DNA from: Coraliomargarita sp.
Lineage (GTDB): Bacteria > Verrucomicrobiota > Verrucomicrobiia > Opitutales > Coraliomargaritaceae
Assembly: GCA_965216325.1 (NCBI GenBank)
Contig: OZ244160.1
Coordinates: 2,784,001-2,848,000 of the forward strand
DNA: 64,000 nt
Direction: 5' to 3'
A program made the translations under genes and the position numbers. Shown in pieces: positions 60,396-64,000 of this stretch; within the stretch, counting starts at the first letter, position 1; the number at the start of each line of letters is the position of its first letter. A model generated the notes under the pieces. The model ran no database searches, was not told the DNA's origin, and saw nothing but the letters and a program-made list of their open reading frames with translations.

Positions 60396-60451
60396 GTTCA
60401 ACAATCAGTTATCAACGCGGCTGCGCGCGATTGATAACTTCAGGGTTAGGC
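60396..60451 (+). repeat. attC-like hairpin at the right end of the element (not of the host attC family)
   Basis: GTTCAAC (RYYYAAC)-AATCA-GTTATCAA-CGCG..CGCG-A-TTGATAAC-TTCAGG-GTTAGGC (GTTRRRY). Confidence 0.8.
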
Positions 60452-60733
60452 CTTTTTGTAATTCTTTAAGTCTCTATAGAAGTTTTCATGGCTCCCATAC
60501 GTAAGTAGACTTATTTCACTTTCATCGAAGCTATAGGAAAGTAGTGTCAGCTGTTTATTGATTTTAAACTTATGGACGAATATTCCTGCAAGATCGCCAG
60601 CTTTTTCCTGACCAATGCTAGGATTTGAGAGGATGTCTAAAACTGCATCGTCTAATTCTTTCTTTTCCTGCTTTTTGAGCTTCTTCATTTTCCTGCTGAA
60701 CGCAGGGGATACGTAGACCTTCTGTTTAGCCAA
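60446..60733 (-). CDS. RelE/ParE family toxin (cassette)
   Basis: SPAFSRKMKKL...NPSIGQEKAGDLAGIFVHKF...GSHENFY; the stop codon lies within R'' GCCTAAC. Confidence 0.88.
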   Translation of the reverse strand: MAKQKVYVSPAFSRKMKKLKKQEKKELDDAVLDILSNPSIGQEKAGDLAGIFVHKFKINKQLTLLSYSFDESEISLLTYGSHENFYRDLKNYKKA

Positions 60734-60944
60734 AAGTATATTCCTCCTTCTCAGCTTCTTTCATTTCCTCCATTGCTAATAGTGTTTCTTTAATGAAGCT
60801 GAAGGGTAGGTCTGGATTCTCTTCGGCAGCCTTTCCGATCGTTGCCCAATATTCCAACTGTGAAGTCATTGATCGATGCTCCACTTTGGATCTGGTTTTG
60901 GCTTCTTTTGCGAGATGGTCGGATATGCGAATAACAGTGCTCAT
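60726..60944 (-). CDS. ParD-like (RHH) antitoxin (cassette)
   Basis: IRISD.L..EA......HRSMTSQLEYWATIGK.AEENPDLPFSFIKE; overlaps the toxin start. Confidence 0.85.
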   Translation of the reverse strand: MSTVIRISDHLAKEAKTRSKVEHRSMTSQLEYWATIGKAAEENPDLPFSFIKETLLAMEEMKEAEKEEYTFG

Positions 60945-60953
60945 GAATGACGC

Positions 60954-60981
60954 CTTGTAGTAAAATGTAGCACATTGTCAA
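60954..60981 (-). promoter_or_regulatory. Internal promoter/operator of the TA cassette
   Basis: TTGACA-16 nt-TACAAG on the minus strand; palindrome AATGTGCTACATT in the spacer. Confidence 0.65.
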
Positions 60982-60991
60982 CTTTTTGTGT

Positions 60992-61059
60992 GCCTAACGT
61001 AGAGATGTCTCGATTCAGTGAAGCGCGGAGCGCGTAACTGAATTGAGACTATCGACTGG
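60992..61059 (-). repeat. attC site 3, interrupted by an intron at CTGG|TT (remainder TTCTAC at 61712-61717)
   Basis: GCCTAAC-GTAGA-GATGTCTCGATTCAGT...ACTGAATTGAGAC-T-ATC-GACTGG; the rejoined R'' GTAGAAC matches the cassette start GTTCTAC at 62285-62279. Confidence 0.88.
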
Positions 61060-61711
61060 GTATGCCCGGCATGTTGATAAACTAATATGGTTAAAGTCCA
61101 TTGTGAGAGCCCTGAATAACAACTCAATCACTAGAGAAGCACAAGTGCGGAATCGTGAGGTTTCGTGCGGAAGCAGTGTGGATCAAACCGACGAGCCGAT
61201 GTATAAGAACGTCATAGGAGGCACAGAGGACGGGCGAGCGGGCCCGGGATCGCGAAGCCCATCAGGTCAGATCCGATGTGTAAATGGCGCGGTTGTGTCG
61301 GGGCAGTGTATCAACTTATCCGGGGAGGCCTCGGAGGTTCGCGTTGTGGCTTCAATGTGCCAATCAAGCATCGCAGTTGAAGCAGGGATGCTTCGATGAT
61401 GAACTTCCGAGGAGTCAGCAAAGGGCATAGTAGCCGCGGAGACGAGCTTGCCAGAGGCAGGACGGACTCACGAAGCGGTGAAGGCCTGAAGTCGATCATC
61501 ATCGGGACTCATTCAGTAGACACGTCCATAAACGCCGACCGTAGCGCGAGGACCTCTGATCTCTGTCTGATACAGCTCGAAGATACGTCTACTTTTGTAG
61601 GCGCGACAACCGCCTTAAAACAGACTGCGTAGCACTGCGATCAGTCTGGCTGCGGACCCGCATGGCAGGTGGTGTGGGAGCGGGGGGAGTTAATGCCCCT
61701 CGCTACCCGAT
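61060..61711 (+). mobile_element. ORF-less group IIC (attC-type) intron, 652 nt
   Basis: 5' GTATGCCCGGCATG, core GAGTCAGC...GCATAGTAG and GAAGGCC, DV with CGC triad, DVI ending CTACCCGAT; no RT. Confidence 0.88.
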
Positions 61712-61720
61712 TTCTACCAT

Positions 61721-61978
61721 TCAGTTGTAGTGGAAACGCATCTGGACGAAAGTGATTCCGTGATCGAATTGCTTGTACACAAGGCGATGCTCTTCAGTGA
61801 TTCTTCGGGACCAGTATCCACTTAAATTATGTTTGAGAGCTTCAGGCTTTCCAATGCCTTCATATGGAGAACGCGTGATGTCCTGAATCAGTAAGTGGAT
61901 TCTCTTTAGAGTCCTTTTATCTGTTTTCTGCCAGTACTGATAATCTTCCCATGCTTGTGGAGTGAAACTGATATTCAT
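61721..61978 (-). CDS. yoeB: Txe/YoeB family toxin (cassette)
   Basis: AWEDYQYWQ..DK, GIGKPEALKHNLSGYWSRRITEEHRLVY, RFHY. Confidence 0.95.
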   Translation of the reverse strand: MNISFTPQAWEDYQYWQKTDKRTLKRIHLLIQDITRSPYEGIGKPEALKHNLSGYWSRRITEEHRLVYKQFDHGITFVQMRFHYN

Positions 61979-62232
61979 TCTGAGAGATCAATTTCTTTTA
62001 CGGTAATATTCCCTGTTTCAGCCGCTTCGATGGATGCGATCAGTCTCTTCGCATTTGCAGGACTTCTTAGGAGGTGTGCAGTCTCTTCGAGGGCTTCATA
62101 GTCTTCCAAAGAGAGCATTACGACAGCCTGCTCCCTTTTTCTTGTTATGATTATTGGGTCTCGATCTAAGCAGACCTGATCCATTGTGGATGCTAGATTC
62201 TCTCTTGCGGCGGTGTAAGTAATAGCGTTCAT
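61975..62232 (-). CDS. yefM: Phd/YefM family antitoxin (cassette)
   Basis: MNAITYTAARENLA..MDQV..D..PIIITR...VMLSLEDY..LEET.HLLRSPANAKRL; true start ATG 62232. Confidence 0.93.
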   Translation of the reverse strand: MNAITYTAARENLASTMDQVCLDRDPIIITRKREQAVVMLSLEDYEALEETAHLLRSPANAKRLIASIEAAETGNITVKEIDLSE

Positions 62233-62234
62233 TG

Positions 62235-62270
62235 TGGACATCATACTGTCCATGTTCGCGCGGGGGTCAA
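62235..62270 (-). promoter_or_regulatory. yefM-yoeB promoter with palindromic operator
   Basis: TTGACC...TATGAT on the minus strand; TGGACA-N6-TGTCCA palindrome over the -10; ATG 7 nt after the -10 (possibly leaderless). Confidence 0.65.
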
Positions 62271-62278
62271 TTTTTTTC

Positions 62279-62338
62279 GTAGAACGTGGAGATGTGGCGA
62301 CGGCTGAGCGCAGCTCAGTCGTTGCCACTATCGACTGG
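62279..62338 (-). repeat. attC site 4, interrupted by the RT-encoding intron after CTGG
   Basis: GTAGAAC-GTGGA-GATGTGGCGACGGCTGAGC-GCA-GCTCAGTCGTTGCCAC-T-ATC-GACTGG. Confidence 0.9.
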
Positions 62339-64000
62339 GTATGCCCGGCATGTTGATAAACTAATATGGTTAAAGTCCATTGTGAGAGCCCTGAATAACA
62401 ACTCAATCACTAGAGAAGCACAAGTGCGGAATCGTGAGGTTTCGTGCGGAAGCAGTGTGGATCAAACCGACGAGCCGATGTATAAGAACGTCATAGGAGG
62501 CACAGAGGACGGGCGAGCGGGCCCAGGATCGCGAAGCCCATCAGGTCAGATCCGATGTGTAAATGGCGCGGTTGTGTCGGGGCAGTGTATCAACTTATCC
62601 GGGGAGGCCTCTATCTGTGGCGAGCGTGAGCTTCAATGTGCTCACTCAAGCGCTTGCAGCGGTGACAGCAATGCCGTCGCTGTCACGGATGGAGGAGTCA
62701 GCAAAGGGCATAGTAGCCGCGGCGACGAGCCTGCCAGTGGCAGGATGGACTCACGAAGCGGTGAAGGCCCGCACTACGCATGGCAACCGGACTTGCCTCT
62801 GGAGCCCACCCATAAACGCCGGATGGCGCGCGGGCACGGGAATCCGGAGCAATACAGCCAGTTGCAAGCCGAGCTATTGGAGGCGATCTTCAGTAGCACC
62901 AACCTCGAAGCGGCCTATGGTCGTGTCAAAGCCAATGGCGGAGCCGCTGGTGTAGACGGCATTAGCTGGGCCGAGTTTACGGAATGGTTCATCCCGCGCC
63001 GTGAAGGTCTGCTGCGCCGCTTGCATCTGGGTAACTACCGCCCGAGTGCGGTGCGTCGTTGCTACATCCCAAAATCGAACGGCAAGAAACGCCCTTTGGG
63101 CGTGCCGAACCTGTTCGATCGGATCGTGCAACAAGCGATCCACCAAGTGCTCAGCCCGATGCTGGAGCCTTCGTTCAGCGAGCATAGTTTCGGGTTCCGC
63201 CCCAAGCGCGGCGGCCAACAGGCCGTCCGCGCCCTGCACGGGCACATCCGCAGCGGCTATCGCTGGGCAATCGACATCGACCTGAAGTCGTTCTTCGACA
63301 CAGTCCCGCACGCGCGTGCGTTGGAAGCACTACGCAATCGCCTCGGTGGGGATGGCCCCGTCGTGCGGTTGATTAAGCGCTACTTGGAAGCGGGCTATGT
63401 CGAACTGGACCAGTTCCACGAAACGGTCGAAGGTATGCCACAGGGCGGGCCCTTGAGTCCCTTGCTGTCGAATCTGGTGCTGGATGCACTGGATAAGGAA
63501 CTGGAGGCTCGGGGGCACCACTTCGTGCGCTACGCCGACGACTTTGTCGTGGTCGTTCAAAGCGAACGCGCTGCCAAGCGCGTCTTCTCCAGCATCTGCG
63601 ACTTCGTCGAGGGCGAGCTGGGGCTGACGGTCAACCGTGAGAAAAGCGCGGTGCGCCCGGTGCGTGAACTGAGCTACTTAGGCTTCAGTTTCCGTCAGGC
63701 CAAGATCGTGGTCAGTGCGCAGGCACTGGCCGAGTTCAAGTATCGTCTCAAGTGTTTCAGCTGTCGAAGCTGGAGCGTGTCGATGGACTACCGCCTGTAT
63801 CAGCTTCGTCAATACGCTCGAGGTTGGATGGGCTATTACGGCCTGTCCGAAGTTTACAGCGTGTGGCTGTCGATAGACAAGTGGCTTCGCAGGCGAGTTC
63901 GCATGTGCTACTGGCGCATGTGGAAACGCCCGCGACGTCGCTATCTCAATCTGGTGAAAATTGGCTCCAATAGTAAGTTTGCTGGTGGCTTTGCTAAAAG
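62339..64000 (+). mobile_element. Group IIC (attC-type) intron encoding a reverse transcriptase, truncated by the window end
   Basis: Same 5' end and domain I core as 61060, followed by an RT ORF. Confidence 0.92.
62823..64000 (+). CDS. ltrA: Group II intron reverse transcriptase/maturase (partial; absent from the ORF track because it has no stop in the window)
   Basis: Manual translation: VKANGGAAGVDG, YIPKSNGKKRPLGVP, DRIVQQA, SFGFRP, DIDLKSFFD, GMPQGGPLSPLLSN, RYADDF (63531), YLGF, RGWMGYY. Confidence 0.95.
   Translation, partial: MARGHGNPEQYSQLQAELLEAIFSSTNLEAAYGRVKANGGAAGVDGISWAEFTEWFIPRREGLLRRLHLGNYRPSAVRRCYIPKSNGKKRPLGVPNLFDRIVQQAIHQVLSPMLEPSFSEHSFGFRPKRGGQQAVRALHGHIRSGYRWAIDIDLKSFFDTVPHARALEALRNRLGGDGPVVRLIKRYLEAGYVELDQFHETVEGMPQGGPLSPLLSNLVLDALDKELEARGHHFVRYADDFVVVVQSERAAKRVFSSICDFVEGELGLTVNREKSAVRPVRELSYLGFSFRQAKIVVSAQALAEFKYRLKCFSCRSWSVSMDYRLYQLRQYARGWMGYYGLSEVYSVWLSIDKWLRRRVRMCYWRMWKRPRRRYLNLVKIGSNSKFAGGFAK

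Larger units (their letters stand above)
57920..60445 (+). mobile_element. Tyrosine recombinase + IS91-like HUH(Y2) element with its own attC-like site, in inverse orientation within the array
   Basis: Ends G|TTGAAC... and ...TTCAGGG|TTAGGC; removing it restores CTGGTTAGGC, which matches the TA cassette start GTTAGGC; visibly GC-richer than the flanking cassettes. Confidence 0.8.

Noticed and set aside
61043..62955. ORFs 61043-61399, 61396-61632 and 62563-62955, and the 143-aa extended YefM
   Set aside because: They lie in intron RNA domains or cross attC/intron boundaries; YefM homology starts at ATG 62232.

Overview
Chromosomal window from a Verrucomicrobiota bacterium, probably Opitutia (Puniceicoccales/Coraliomargarita-like). 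The 16S carries ACACCTACGGGTGGCAGC, the Verrucomicrobia-type EUB338 site; the finer placement is inference. Positions 1-57.5 kb are mostly housekeeping: an OleB-like hydrolase, a hybrid histidine kinase, an Lrp + aminotransferase pair, der, a full rrn operon (16S-tRNA-Ala-tRNA-Ile-23S-5S), an RRM protein, a PilB/GspE locus with two catalytically degenerate NtrC-like regulators, a desaturase, gap-pgk-tpiA, rpmF-plsX-fabH-bamD-lptE, elbB, uppP, trpD, glmM, a complete dcw cluster (mraZ to ftsZ, murC-murB fused) and dgkA. The last 6.5 kb is the distal end of a minus-strand integron-type cassette array: four related attC sites, a small membrane-protein cassette and two toxin-antitoxin cassettes, with no intI in the window. 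Three of the four attC sites are interrupted at the same bond (CTGG|TT). The invaders are (i) a 2.5-kb tyrosine recombinase + IS91-like HUH element with its own attC-like hairpin and an internal oriIS-like motif, (ii) a 652-nt ORF-less group IIC intron with a hairpin inserted in catalytic domain V, and (iii) an RT-encoding group IIC intron that runs off the window. Other oddities are a nested REP-like palindrome in frame within murD and an FtsZ lacking the T7-loop catalytic Asp. All calls were made by eye; no database searches or folding programs were run.
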